A DNA stretch of 64,000 bases from Candidatus Micrarchaeia archaeon (lineage in GTDB: Archaea; Micrarchaeota; Micrarchaeia; Micrarchaeales; CABMGC01), in the NCBI GenBank assembly GCA_049964835.1, contig JBMFWW010000001.1, positions 1 to 64,000 on the forward strand. Direction: 5' to 3'. A program made the position numbers and the translations under genes. The notes beneath the pieces were generated by a model that made no database searches, was not told where the DNA came from, and saw only the letters and a list, made by a program, of their open reading frames with translations. The stretch's first letter is position 1. Every line of letters begins with the position of its first letter. Shown here one piece after another: positions 41,001 to 50,978 of the stretch.

Positions 41001-42542
41001 AACCAACTATCTGCGACTCTTTATATAAATAAAGCTACTGTATCATCATCAAATAATCAAGGTACTGTGAGTTACTCCTTTAATAATAATGAACTTTACA
41101 ATATTACATTATCCACCCCTGGAAACGGAAACTACTTAAAAAATAATATTACACGCTATTCATGTTCGATAGGCACACCAAGCAGTATCCCATTAAATAT
41201 AAAATATTATGCACCATTATGTATCATAAATAACCAAACTTCGGCAGTTTCAGGACCGTTTCAGCAGTTTATAAAAATAAATGAGAGTTTTTATAAAAAT
41301 TATTTATCATACAATAATAACGATGCAAATTTTGAGATATTCAATTCCACTGGAAGTACACAATCTTCATGGATAGAAAGCAACAGCACAGGAAATATCA
41401 CTATATGGTCAAAAATATCTACTGGCATAAATGCAAATACAGTATATCCACTTTATATTGGTTTTGCAAGCAACACTGTAAATCTACTTTCAAATTCAGG
41501 TGTTAGCGGTATTGGCGAGTTTCCTGCGGCTACTTCTACATATGCACAATATGATGATGGAAAATCAGTATTTAATAATTATTTCAATGGTAGTTCATTA
41601 AATGGCTGGACAACAGCTGGAACATCCGGAGACACTTCATCAGCTCCTTCTGGCTCACCATTTGGCACTAACGCATTCTATGCTAACGGTGCAAATGGGG
41701 ACTATTTATATACAATTGCAAATGGACAATCGACAAATTCAATAATAGAGTACTATACATATACACAAAATCTAGACGATGTTTTCTTTTTAGTTAACTC
41801 TCAAGGTGCTGGACAAATTGCAAGAGTTGGTAACGGTCCCGGATGGTACGGTATAGCATCAGCCTCTTCTTGGACTTCGTGGACCGCACCTCCAGATTAT
41901 GGTATCTGGTCAAATGAATGGCTGCTTATGGGAATTATGATACAAAATGGCAATGCGCAAATGTTCTTGTCTACAACTCCTGGAACTTATGGTAGTGAAA
42001 TAGGAAGTAATCCATCTAATATATACTCGGTAGCAAATAATGGCGAATATCTAGGTTTTGTAGGAGATGCGGCAAGCTCATCAACAATGCAGTACATGAA
42101 CGGTATGATAATAAGAGCACTTCCACCAAACGGAGTTATGCCTTCATATGTCGAAGGTTCTCCAATTTCTGTTTCATCACAATCAACCTGCACCATTTCA
42201 TTAAGCAGTAATGAAATAAATTTTGGAAATATAAATCCTAATTACGATTTAAACACAGTAAATTCAATATTCGATACTAATTCCGGAAGCGCTGACGCAT
42301 ATATGCTTGTTTATGGCGGAAATTGGGTAGGCCCATCCCAATTTGGAGTAAGTAATACAACGTGGTCAGAAACATATAACTCACCTTTTTCTACTTCTAC
42401 AAAACTCTCTCAAGTGCCTACCAATACAGTTATAACTGTAAGTCCTAGCAGTAGCAACTCGATATACTTTGGCATGAGAGTTCCGGGGGGTGCTCAAAGT
42501 GGTGTTTATTCACAAAACATAATTATAGAAAATACCTGTTAG
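38025..42542 (+). CDS. Large secreted surface glycoprotein with two DUF2341-like/lectin-like repeats
   Basis: Signal peptide; Asn-rich N-terminal part; two homologous modules (SWIE...GE.P....YA.YDDG.SVF...NGMIIRA.PPNGVMPS); C-terminal Ig-like domain. Confidence 0.85.
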   Translation: MKKSFLIASLIVFLLLNVGSHVLVKNITLSFSSASNSTNIVLLNKTTSSYSNTTTSNALNTNKNNKNLENTNFLIKLNSSVNSIITINGSSYLSNNIIRIASGNYVINSTVPNNFSFSYWNYSSNITITNPYSKNTRISILGNAIITANFNYAVVFTQNGLPVSDQNWSISYNNINENSNTNGIIKISLSLGNYIFKILNTTINNTTYTPSSNLIYLNYTNMNKLLSTPITINFTKNYQNNTINSILANKTNQKLINQTINNTLSKKMINTNINNQISVNNSVSNIVSNSSSVLFKNLNMQIALLKQKLPNNSIFIYNSSNSGFNSTENLNILNYSNSRLLSYNQLSNLSSLNQSQFNFLKNNINNIESYGHKIKSFYENLSIPYGYISQKGIYSKAGEDLHFASYDTQGTIFYYNISVQKAIPKIMMSVNGATEKQPNTTSKIYIPLINGEKSSKISISLNGSMARGNSGLYSYEIRFSNGTVIQNTVNTTSLNYQNTFNLSLNQNASITFDTSGNENYSSVDPTLIVIPSSILEYVPITLTNTQTTPTPTQFQDMVTVNSLSYKSYESGNLDNIEFFYFNGTVIPSWIEGSASNTLLNSNTNSNYLSTSTNTIYWLKLANSISAGNTVIVYMGFSANTVDLFNTVNTGEAPELSPTYAEYDDGPSVFNYYNVNPKSTSGWTIAGIAGQKNTAPVESQYNTTNALYANSANGDYMYTPISGFTENSILTFDVYTTGLGDFFFLTNSAGLGQMGRLDGRGGADYSGLATTSTWKSWAAPSSGLDEGRNVWYKFDIVINGNKANDYIGSESDGLSTLGTLANSDFSVTNNGDYIGLVGDGLGSSYITYWNGMIIRAYPPNGVMPSEQFGSIESSNSPVLLLQSNFIPYGTQDTINGTINTPNDQLELFINNTLVSGPSPNSLSYIVCGSQPYITSCESAGNHKVILEDITSGSSANIILNITQSTPTLNISESSAFINTGTSTNIPYSISTVGNQLSATLYINKATVSSSNNQGTVSYSFNNNELYNITLSTPGNGNYLKNNITRYSCSIGTPSSIPLNIKYYAPLCIINNQTSAVSGPFQQFIKINESFYKNYLSYNNNDANFEIFNSTGSTQSSWIESNSTGNITIWSKISTGINANTVYPLYIGFASNTVNLLSNSGVSGIGEFPAATSTYAQYDDGKSVFNNYFNGSSLNGWTTAGTSGDTSSAPSGSPFGTNAFYANGANGDYLYTIANGQSTNSIIEYYTYTQNLDDVFFLVNSQGAGQIARVGNGPGWYGIASASSWTSWTAPPDYGIWSNEWLLMGIMIQNGNAQMFLSTTPGTYGSEIGSNPSNIYSVANNGEYLGFVGDAASSSTMQYMNGMIIRALPPNGVMPSYVEGSPISVSSQSTCTISLSSNEINFGNINPNYDLNTVNSIFDTNSGSADAYMLVYGGNWVGPSQFGVSNTTWSETYNSPFSTSTKLSQVPTNTVITVSPSSSNSIYFGMRVPGGAQSGVYSQNIIIENTC

Positions 42543-42595
42543 TAAAGTAATGCTCTACACAAGAAAGTTTAACAAAAAATAACTGATATTAAATT

Positions 42596-43285
42596 TTAAT
42601 CTATGTTGTTAAATTTAGATTTTTTATTTCTGTAAATACTTTCAATTTTTTTAAGTTTATTGCTGTTATAACCTCGTCTTTCATACTCTTTCCTAATCTC
42701 TTCTGGAATTAAATCAATATTTTTGGAATATACTGGGTGTATTTTCATACTTATCTCTTGAAAAGGCAGTTTTTGATCGGGAATCTCTTTATACATATGT
42801 TTCAAAAATCTGAATGAATTCTCTTCTAATATTTTAAGTTCATCAAGTCTTTTTTTATCTAATTCACTCATTTTTACTTTAGAAAATTTTATTTTTACTT
42901 TTTTATTAAGTGTTAATTTAAGTAGGTATTTAATTTTACTAATTCTTAATTTTAGTGTAACTACATTTATTAATGACAAATTCTTAATATCATTAAGTAT
43001 TCTTGATGTAAAAATTACATTTCCTATAGTATCATATGATTTATTTTCTAATATTATATACTTCTTATCTATTCCTATTTTATTAGCATATAACTCCATT
43101 GCTTCTGACTCTGTAAACTTGGGCACATATTTTATATTATAAGACCACCTTCCAGATAACAATATAATTTCATAATCTCCAGTATCAAATAATTCTTTTG
43201 CAAGTTCTATTGACCTTTTCGTAATCTCACTAATACTGCCATCTTTGTATATACCATAACCAAACACAACTATCGCTTTGACCAT
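42596..43285 (-). CDS. YdcF/DUF218-family protein
   Basis: IVVFG, LSG, TESEAM, ILENKSYDTIGN. Confidence 0.85.
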   Translation of the reverse strand: MVKAIVVFGYGIYKDGSISEITKRSIELAKELFDTGDYEIILLSGRWSYNIKYVPKFTESEAMELYANKIGIDKKYIILENKSYDTIGNVIFTSRILNDIKNLSLINVVTLKLRISKIKYLLKLTLNKKVKIKFSKVKMSELDKKRLDELKILEENSFRFLKHMYKEIPDQKLPFQEISMKIHPVYSKNIDLIPEEIRKEYERRGYNSNKLKKIESIYRNKKSKFNNID

Positions 43286-43292
43286 ACTCTTA

Positions 43293-43739
43293 CTACACCA
43301 ATATTTTTACCATCTCCCAGCTTTCTATAGGCCCATCTACAACTTTAAAAATCTCAACTGCTTCTGGTCTTTTAATATCTTTAATTTTATCATATAATTT
43401 TTTGTCTCTCATCTTAAGCTTTGATTTTAATAAATCAAATTCGTATTCCAACTGCTTGTTATTCAATTTAATTCTAATTTTTTTATCAACTAATTTTTCA
43501 TTTATTTTTTCTTTTGAAAAATTATAACCTCTGGATAAAGATTCTAAATATACATAATGTAGATATGTGTTTATCCCTATAAGTGGATTATCAAGTTCTT
43601 TGAATCGTTGTAGCTGTGGGTGATTTTTATATCCTTTTGTTTTTCCTTCAAGTACCTTTTTGGCAAGAAGAGTTTCTCTCCAAACTGCAAGTAAGCCTAT
43701 AGTATCTAAATATGACAATTTAATTGACCATACTCTCAT
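43293..43739 (-). CDS. Pyrimidine-dimer DNA glycosylase (T4 endonuclease V-like)
   Basis: MRVWS...YLD..GLLAVWRE.LLA..VL.G.TKGYKNHPQL.RF...RGYNF. Confidence 0.88.
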   Translation of the reverse strand: MRVWSIKLSYLDTIGLLAVWRETLLAKKVLEGKTKGYKNHPQLQRFKELDNPLIGINTYLHYVYLESLSRGYNFSKEKINEKLVDKKIRIKLNNKQLEYEFDLLKSKLKMRDKKLYDKIKDIKRPEAVEIFKVVDGPIESWEMVKILV

Positions 43740-43777
43740 AAAAATCACTATTAGTTATTGCGTCTAACTAATATTAA

Positions 43778-44836
43778 TCAAACATTTTTTCCTGTGATTA
43801 TTGCTACCGTCTCTCCATTTAATTTGAGCTTTTTATATGCGGCTATTGTTGCAGCGCTTGCAAGTTCCACTATTAATCCATACTCATTAAAGATATTTTT
43901 TTGTTCTTCTTGCATTTCCTTTTCAGCTACTATAACTATCTCCGAATTTACTTGCTTCATATACTCTAAAGCTTGAGATCCAAACGTTGGATATCCTACT
44001 GCTATGGCATCCGCTTTTGTTTTTGATACCTCATATCTAACTATTGTATTGTTCTTATACGCTTCATACAAAGGCTTACACATCTTTGACTGTACTCCTA
44101 TTATCTTAGGTAGATGTATCTTAGAGTAACTTTCTTTAAGTTCTGTAAGCGATTTCAGTATGCCTGAAAATAATGTTGCATTTCCTATAGGCACTATTAT
44201 GTTTTTTACTTCTTTAATTTGCGAAAGTATCTCATAAATTATTGTTTTTTGCCCTTCTTTTCTATAACAATAATCTCCTGCAAGAAAGGCATGTTTTTTA
44301 TACGAATGTTCCTCTGCTAACTTCTGCGCTTTCGTGAAGTCTCCATTTACCTTTATTATATTCGCATTGTTTGTTTTTTTAATATTATAAATTTTATCAG
44401 GATTAGAGTCTTTGCTTATGTATACATTTGTTTTTATGTTGTATAACTTTGAGTAGTAAGCTATAGAATAAGCCATATTTCCAGTAGAAGCACAAACAAT
44501 TTCTTTATATTTATACTCTTTTGCTTTTGCCACTTCAATTACAGATCCTCTGTCTTTGAATGAACCTGTAGGGTTCTGTGTTTCAATTTTAAGATATAAA
44601 TTTTCATCTGTTCTGCTGTTTATGACTTTGGTAAGCCCGACATCATAATATTTATATGCGCTGCAATCTGGAAGCATATTTTTGTATGACCAAAATGAGT
44701 TTACCATCTCTTTATGTGCTTCACCTTTAAATTTATACTCTATTTCGAGAAGTCCATGGCATTTTTTGCATATCTGCGAATCATAACTACTATCATAACT
44801 TTCATTGCACGTTAAGCATAGTAGTTTATACTCCAT
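43778..44836 (-). CDS. thrC: Threonine synthase-like PLP enzyme
   Basis: N-terminal CxxC..CxxC, NPTGSFKDRG, ASTGN, EGQKT, ITG. Confidence 0.85.
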   Translation of the reverse strand: MEYKLLCLTCNESYDSSYDSQICKKCHGLLEIEYKFKGEAHKEMVNSFWSYKNMLPDCSAYKYYDVGLTKVINSRTDENLYLKIETQNPTGSFKDRGSVIEVAKAKEYKYKEIVCASTGNMAYSIAYYSKLYNIKTNVYISKDSNPDKIYNIKKTNNANIIKVNGDFTKAQKLAEEHSYKKHAFLAGDYCYRKEGQKTIIYEILSQIKEVKNIIVPIGNATLFSGILKSLTELKESYSKIHLPKIIGVQSKMCKPLYEAYKNNTIVRYEVSKTKADAIAVGYPTFGSQALEYMKQVNSEIVIVAEKEMQEEQKNIFNEYGLIVELASAATIAAYKKLKLNGETVAIITGKNV

Positions 44837-44848
44837 AAAACTCTAACC

Positions 44849-45520
44849 TTATTTAGTATGCTTATGGTGTACAACCATTGCTTTGCTTTTTTCATAAGAT
44901 ACTATTAAAACAACTGCTAACCCTAAAACCAACATCTGCAATGCACCTAAAATTGGAACAATTGGTAGTAATGCAATAATATATAAGGTAATACCAGCAT
45001 TTGGAGATACCTTATTTATTTTATCAAAAACAGCAAGAAAATTTTTATTATCGTTTGTAAGATATCCCGACAAAGATATTCCAGTAACAACAAAGTAAAA
45101 GATGCCAAGTATTATACTTCCTATACCTGCCCCTAATCCATACAATCCAGGTACTCCATCAAATGTAATAGATAAAAATCCTGCAATAAAACCAAGTATC
45201 AAGATAATTAGTGTTATTGAGCTTCTTGACCTTACTATGTCGATTCCTTTTTTAATACTAGAAATATAATCAGCAGTTTTATTTTCTATTATTAAATTAG
45301 CAACATTTCCTAAAGATGCGATATAAATTGCAAAGATTAAAAATTCTACTGCGGAAAAGATCCCATATACTAATGAAAACAACAACGCATTTATTAAGCC
45401 GAATAAAAGTGCTATTTCATACAGTACTAAATATGCAAATAAGAATATTATAAGCATTATTAAAAAAGAAAAAATATTCCTTTCAATCAGCTTCAAAGAG
45501 TTCTCAAAGAGTTCTACCAT
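44849..45520 (-). CDS. Hypothetical multi-pass membrane protein
   Basis: About 5-6 hydrophobic segments. Confidence 0.75.
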   Translation of the reverse strand: MVELFENSLKLIERNIFSFLIMLIIFLFAYLVLYEIALLFGLINALLFSLVYGIFSAVEFLIFAIYIASLGNVANLIIENKTADYISSIKKGIDIVRSRSSITLIILILGFIAGFLSITFDGVPGLYGLGAGIGSIILGIFYFVVTGISLSGYLTNDNKNFLAVFDKINKVSPNAGITLYIIALLPIVPILGALQMLVLGLAVVLIVSYEKSKAMVVHHKHTK

Positions 45521-45668
45521 ACAAACACGTTTAACTATTAAGCAGCAACATTTTAAATAGTCTACGCATTTAACTTATTTTAGTTTTATATATATGAAAA
45601 TTAAGAAAATATAAAAATGTATTTATCTATTGTTAACATATACTAAACGTACTAAATGATTGATATAT

Positions 45669-46421
45669 ATGGTCACTAAGATCCCTACTGGTATTTCAGG
45701 TCTTGACAGAATGTTAAATGGAGGTATTCCTATGGGCAATCAGGTGATATTGGAAGGAGGTCCTGGTTCTGGGAAAACCTTACTGGCTTTAGAGTTTTTA
45801 TACCATGGCGCAGAGCATGGAGAAAATGGCATATTATTTTCATTTGAAGAGGATTTTGAAAGCATCATAGAAAACTTCAAAGAGGCATTTCCTACTTTTA
45901 CTAACTTTGATGCATATATTAAAAATGGTGCAATTACTATACTTGGTTCTGAAGATACCAAGCAGTATGTACAAAAAAATAAGGAAGGGACTGCTTACTC
46001 ATTTGGAAGTTTTATATCAGAGATAGACTCTGTAACAAAGATGCACAATGCAAAAAGAATAGTTATAGACTCTATTTCAGTGATAAGACTCTTTATATCA
46101 GATCCTTTGGATTACAGGTCATTGTCTACTAGTTTGCTATCAGTTCTAAAAAGACAGAAGATAACTACAATACTAATATCAGAACAAAATTCTTCAGACA
46201 AACAGAAGATATACTTCCAGCCAGAATCTTTTATATATGATGGTCTTATACTTCTTTTTTTATATGGAAATGATTTGGAGAATAGAATTCCTACAATCGA
46301 AATAATAAAAATGAGAGGTTGTGAGCATATGTATACTGCCGTTCCGTACGAAATAATAGATACAGGTTTTAATATTCTACTTCTTAATAAGTCAGATAGA
46401 ATAGCTCATGAAAGTGAGTGA
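45669..46421 (+). CDS. Single-domain KaiC/RAD55-family ATPase
   Basis: TGISGLD.ML.GG, GGPGSGKT, SFEE, VIDS, KMRG. Confidence 0.9.
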   Translation: MVTKIPTGISGLDRMLNGGIPMGNQVILEGGPGSGKTLLALEFLYHGAEHGENGILFSFEEDFESIIENFKEAFPTFTNFDAYIKNGAITILGSEDTKQYVQKNKEGTAYSFGSFISEIDSVTKMHNAKRIVIDSISVIRLFISDPLDYRSLSTSLLSVLKRQKITTILISEQNSSDKQKIYFQPESFIYDGLILLFLYGNDLENRIPTIEIIKMRGCEHMYTAVPYEIIDTGFNILLLNKSDRIAHESE

Positions 46422-46533
46422 CGGTTGCTTACTTATAAATTTTGTAGAATTTTCTATTTGTTATTATTCTTTGTATTATATTGTAAATGAGTAATAAACC
46501 ACAAAAAGAAAAAAGAGAAAGTTACAACTAATT

Positions 46534-47229
46534 TTAAATATTGTTCAATCGCATCTTTATCTCTTCTCCATTTAACTTTGTAGTTATTAGTGGTATTCTC
46601 TCTATTTGTGAGATCTTTATCGCTAGTTTATCAACAGTATCTAGGTTTTGTATTATAACAAGTTTTGGTTTTATCGGCGCTACTCTTACAACTACCATTG
46701 GAGATCTGCCAGTGCTTACCTGGTCAAATATAAAAGCTCTTTCGCTTGTACTACCAAAAAGTCTTGGATACTCAGATGGGGATATCTCAAGTATTACTCT
46801 TAAACTATCAAGAAGTGTGTATCCAAAGAGCTTAATTGAATCAAGATAATTTGGATTGGTTACTATTTTACCATCTATTAATCTCACTATATCTGTTCCT
46901 GATATTGGAGAAGAAAAGTCATGTATAAAATAAAATGAGCCATCCTCATTTTTAATATCTTTATTAAACTTTTCAAGGTTTCTTATTACCTCTCCTCCTC
47001 GCTGGTTGTCTATTGTAAAAAGTGCAAGTATGAATCTTTTTATTATTGCTACTCCTGGACTTGCCCTTCTATTTCCTTCATAATCACTTATTGTAGATGT
47101 AGAAATTTTAAGATACTGTGCAAGTTCAACCTGCGAGATGCCAAATAACTCTCTCCATTTCTTCATAGCACTTCCTGGTGTTTCAGATAACGCTATCTCG
47201 CCTGCTATTCTCTCTTGTAAACTATCCAT
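46534..47229 (-). CDS. Conserved archaeal XRE-HTH transcriptional regulator (COG1709-like)
   Basis: IAGEI.LS..PG..MKKWRE.F..SQ.ELA...ISDYE..RR.SPG; VSTGRSPMV. Confidence 0.85.
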   Translation of the reverse strand: MDSLQERIAGEIALSETPGSAMKKWRELFGISQVELAQYLKISTSTISDYEGNRRASPGVAIIKRFILALFTIDNQRGGEVIRNLEKFNKDIKNEDGSFYFIHDFSSPISGTDIVRLIDGKIVTNPNYLDSIKLFGYTLLDSLRVILEISPSEYPRLFGSTSERAFIFDQVSTGRSPMVVVRVAPIKPKLVIIQNLDTVDKLAIKISQIERIPLITTKLNGEEIKMRLNNI

Positions 47230-47291
47230 ATGTATATTATAAACAAAAAGTTCTTTATTACTTTTGACGAAATCTTTTTAGACTATAGACG

Positions 47292-48086
47292 TTATTTTTT
47301 CTTTGTTCTTTTTCTCTTCTCTTTACTACCTTTAGTTTTTCTAGTACTATTTTTCTTTTCTAATTCTTCATATATATCTAATGCTTTTTTATCTACTACC
47401 TCCTGTGCTTTTTTATCATTTGGTTTTCTTATTACTCCATATACTATTAAAATAATGCCTATTATGAATGATAATGAAGATACAAGACTGCCAGGAACAA
47501 AGTTGCTATTCAACGACTCAGTAAAGTTTCCATTAGTAATGTTTGCAAATTTAATTAATGAGTATCTATATGTAACATTTATATAAGGTGAGTTGTTGTT
47601 ATAAAAGTATAAGTAATAACTCCCATCTTCATAAATAGAGCTTCCAGGGCCGTATGCACTTCCATTATAAAAATAATTTGGTTCTTTGTAGCCATAATTT
47701 GAAAGATTAGAGGTATATGGAAAGGTTGTGCCCAATGTGCCATTTAATATGTATTCTAGAACGCCTTTGCCTGCAAGCTTAGGCCCATTTTTATAAATAA
47801 ATGAGCCATTATTTACTGCATTGTAAGAATTAATATAATTGTAACCGCTCTGATTCATAAAATAAAAATCTATTGGAGAACTAGCCGCATAACTAAATAC
47901 AAAAAAGCTAGTATTCTTTATTTCTATTGGACTAACTACAATACTGTTCTGAGCCACTATTATCTTATTTATATAAGTACTATTGCCGAGCTGCTGTGGA
48001 GCTACAGATGGTTCTACAACAGAACTCGCAATAAAGAAACTTACTAAAAGTATTATTACTCCTATAACCACAATTCTTATATCCAA
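47292..48086 (-). CDS. Hypothetical membrane protein (two TMs flanking an extracellular domain)
   Basis: TTG 48086 after GGTG SD; basic C-terminal tail. Confidence 0.7.
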   Translation of the reverse strand: MDIRIVVIGVIILLVSFFIASSVVEPSVAPQQLGNSTYINKIIVAQNSIVVSPIEIKNTSFFVFSYAASSPIDFYFMNQSGYNYINSYNAVNNGSFIYKNGPKLAGKGVLEYILNGTLGTTFPYTSNLSNYGYKEPNYFYNGSAYGPGSSIYEDGSYYLYFYNNNSPYINVTYRYSLIKFANITNGNFTESLNSNFVPGSLVSSLSFIIGIILIVYGVIRKPNDKKAQEVVDKKALDIYEELEKKNSTRKTKGSKEKRKRTKKK

Positions 48087-48156
48087 AAATGCACCAATAC
48101 CATTTTGCAAGTAAAGAATATAAATATAACATATCAAAAGTAATTAGGTTGTTTTT

Positions 48157-49368
48157 TTGAAAAATGATAAGAATACTAAGTTTTCAAAGTCGCTAAAAGC
48201 ATTTATCGATAAGCACTCTTCATTAAGTCATTATTTCATGTTAGCAGCACTTTTAGTAATCGCAGTAATAATACTCACCATATTCGTAAATGGAAATCAA
48301 AGCGCAAATAATGCAAATTACTGTTCCGGTATTCTTCTTTCTTCATATAAGGATTCATGCTTTTTATCATTGGCAGAAAATCAAAGTGCACCATATCTAT
48401 GCAACTACATCTCAAATCCTGGAAATTATCAATGTAGAGAGTTCATAGCTGAAAAAACTCTTAACAATACTTTATGTACAGCTTCTGGGCCTTACTCAAA
48501 TGCATGTATGGAGTATGTTGCTTATTCTTCTGGAAATGGTTCTTACTGTTCAAGTATAAATAATTCTAATTCAACACTGTGCTCTACAAATCTTGCACTT
48601 AAAGAAAAAAATATAACTTACTGTTCATATTCTAGAAATAGTTCCGGATCATCTATTTGCAAATCAGCATACAACTTAAGTTTAGCATATAAACTGGGAA
48701 ATGATTCTTACTGTAAATATATGGAAAGTTTAAATAATACTGCTCTTGCAGATGAGTTAACTCAGTATTCTGGCATAGGACTGCTTGGTTCTTCAGGAAA
48801 TAATCAAAGTTTATTACAGATTTCTCCTCTTGGCTACATTGAATCTACACAAGGTCTTAATTACAGTGCTATGGATATATGCAATATAGCCGTAGCAATA
48901 GCATCAAAAAATAAATCATATTGCAATCTAATAAACAACGGGACTCTTTCAACTTTATGCGTTTCTTCTGTATATGAAATTAATACAAGTAAAACTGAAA
49001 GTTCTTCGATAAATAGTAACATAAACAATACAACTAACTCAAATAATATAATTCAGAATAGCATCTATCAGAATTTCACAAAGAACTTCAATTATACCGT
49101 AATACAGAAAAGCTGCCTAAACTCTTCTATTTCGAGCAATATTAATTCATCTGAGTGTTCATATCTGCAGAATTTAATAACTGCAGTATCTACAAAAAAT
49201 GCAAATTATTGCATTTCAAACAATATACAAGAATCCGACCAGTGTTACTATGTTCTTGCAAAAGCCTATAATCAAACAACCTACTGTTCATATATAACAA
49301 ACGCAACAATAAATAACGCTTGTTATCAGGCAGTAACGCAAAATATTTCATCGATAACTAGCACGTGA
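48157..49368 (+). CDS. Membrane-anchored Cys-rich repeat surface protein
   Basis: N-terminal TM; repeated C-x(~10)-YC..I.N..C units; more than 20 Cys. Confidence 0.8.
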   Translation: MKNDKNTKFSKSLKAFIDKHSSLSHYFMLAALLVIAVIILTIFVNGNQSANNANYCSGILLSSYKDSCFLSLAENQSAPYLCNYISNPGNYQCREFIAEKTLNNTLCTASGPYSNACMEYVAYSSGNGSYCSSINNSNSTLCSTNLALKEKNITYCSYSRNSSGSSICKSAYNLSLAYKLGNDSYCKYMESLNNTALADELTQYSGIGLLGSSGNNQSLLQISPLGYIESTQGLNYSAMDICNIAVAIASKNKSYCNLINNGTLSTLCVSSVYEINTSKTESSSINSNINNTTNSNNIIQNSIYQNFTKNFNYTVIQKSCLNSSISSNINSSECSYLQNLITAVSTKNANYCISNNIQESDQCYYVLAKAYNQTTYCSYITNATINNACYQAVTQNISSITST

Positions 49369-49372
49369 TTAA

Positions 49373-50770
49373 TTGGAAGGCATAGTATCAACAATAAAGA
49401 TTCTTGGGAACTCATTAAAATGTAATGTTTTAAGTGTTGATGAAGGTAAACTCACACTTTCCGAGGCAATTACAAAACAGCAGATAAAAATAGGCGAAAA
49501 GATTTCTCTAAGTTCAACTTTAGATGTGAAATTTTTAGGCACAGCGAATAACAAAGAGCTAAATCAAATAGATAAAATATTATCTACTTTAATACAAGAA
49601 TATATTAAAAAAACTCCACCTATATTTGATTTAGAAGATTTAAATACTGCTACAAAAAAACTTTTCCCAAAAATCATGGAAGCTGCAAAATTATTTGCTA
49701 AAAAACTTCTTTTAGGTGCTCCCATAATAATACGTTTTCATAATGACGCGGACGGATCATCCGGAGCATATGCAATATCTCTTTCAATAAATTCACTAAT
49801 TTCGGATTTTTCAATACAATCAAAGCCAAATATAACTTGGCTTATGCAACGATCTGTAGTTTATGAAATAAGTGACGCAATATATGATCAGAATTTATTT
49901 AATTATTTTTCAAGCACAGAAAAACCATTACTTTTAATAACTGATTTTGGAACATCCTCTCAGAGTAATAGGGGTATAGAGCGTATTTCTGAATCATTCG
50001 ATATAATCTGGCTTGATCATCATCCAATAGAAGATGATTTTAATTATAAAAAATTAAAGCATTATATAAATCCTTGGAACTTTAATTTAGGATCAGATAT
50101 TACTGCCGGATTTCTTTCATGTATTTTTGGTTATGCTCTTTCAGGCAAACTTAACGAAGAGATAATTAATGCATCATTTATCGGTGATTACAGTAAGTAT
50201 GCAGATGTTAAAAAATTAGGCAATGACCTTTCTATATTTTTAGATATGGCAACAAGCGATCCTAGTGCACTAGGAAGTCATAATCCTAAAAACATCACTC
50301 CTTCAGAGATAGAAGGAATAATTTCTGACAAAGAAAAATACAACTCTTTCCTGAAAGTTGCAAAGATGAAGTTAGACGAAACCTTAGAAAGAGCAAAGAG
50401 TTCAATTAAAACCTACAAATTAAAAAATTTAAATATATATGTGTGCGATTTTTCATCTATACGCGATAAAAATAGCAAGTATCCTCTTCCAGGGCGTTTT
50501 TCATCTAAACTCCTTGATGTACTCTCCGAAAAAGATAAAAATTCAATTCTTATTCTTCATTTTGGCGTGTATATATCGATGAGGATGGACAAGGAGTTAT
50601 CAAAGGATATAGATCTCTTAAGCATAATCTCTGAGTTGAAAGATAATATCGATGATGTTGAATCTGGAGGAGGTCATGCTTCTGCATGCAGTTTAAAACT
50701 TTATGAGTATGCAGATAAGAAAGCATATATAAACACTATAATAAACAAGATCAAAGAAAAAGAGAAGTAA
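49373..50770 (+). CDS. DHH/DHHA1 RecJ-like phosphoesterase
   Basis: HNDADG, DFG, DHH, GD, GGGH motifs. Confidence 0.85.
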   Translation: MEGIVSTIKILGNSLKCNVLSVDEGKLTLSEAITKQQIKIGEKISLSSTLDVKFLGTANNKELNQIDKILSTLIQEYIKKTPPIFDLEDLNTATKKLFPKIMEAAKLFAKKLLLGAPIIIRFHNDADGSSGAYAISLSINSLISDFSIQSKPNITWLMQRSVVYEISDAIYDQNLFNYFSSTEKPLLLITDFGTSSQSNRGIERISESFDIIWLDHHPIEDDFNYKKLKHYINPWNFNLGSDITAGFLSCIFGYALSGKLNEEIINASFIGDYSKYADVKKLGNDLSIFLDMATSDPSALGSHNPKNITPSEIEGIISDKEKYNSFLKVAKMKLDETLERAKSSIKTYKLKNLNIYVCDFSSIRDKNSKYPLPGRFSSKLLDVLSEKDKNSILILHFGVYISMRMDKELSKDIDLLSIISELKDNIDDVESGGGHASACSLKLYEYADKKAYINTIINKIKEKEK

Positions 50771-50978
50771 AAAATAAGTGAAAGTAAAAAACTACAACTT
50801 CCAAATAATTCAAAAGTAATAAATACATTATTACTTGATTATATTACATGTTATTATATTTTTAAAAAAAGAAAATTAAAAAATAAAAGAAAAGAAAACA
50901 AAATGGGAATTTATTAATAAATAAAAAATAATAATAAAAGTATAAAATAAAAATTAAAATATTTAAAAAGGAGTTAAG

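Noticed and set aside
39600..42150. Duplicated modules in the 1505-aa gene as a DGR template/variable repeat pair
   Set aside because: Both copies are in-frame coding, the differences are not adenine-specific, and no reverse transcriptase is present in the window.
50771..50978. Long A-rich intergenic tract (also 18272-18422, T-rich) as an ncRNA or origin
   Set aside because: Low complexity with no stable structure, ORB-like repeats or adjacent cdc6.
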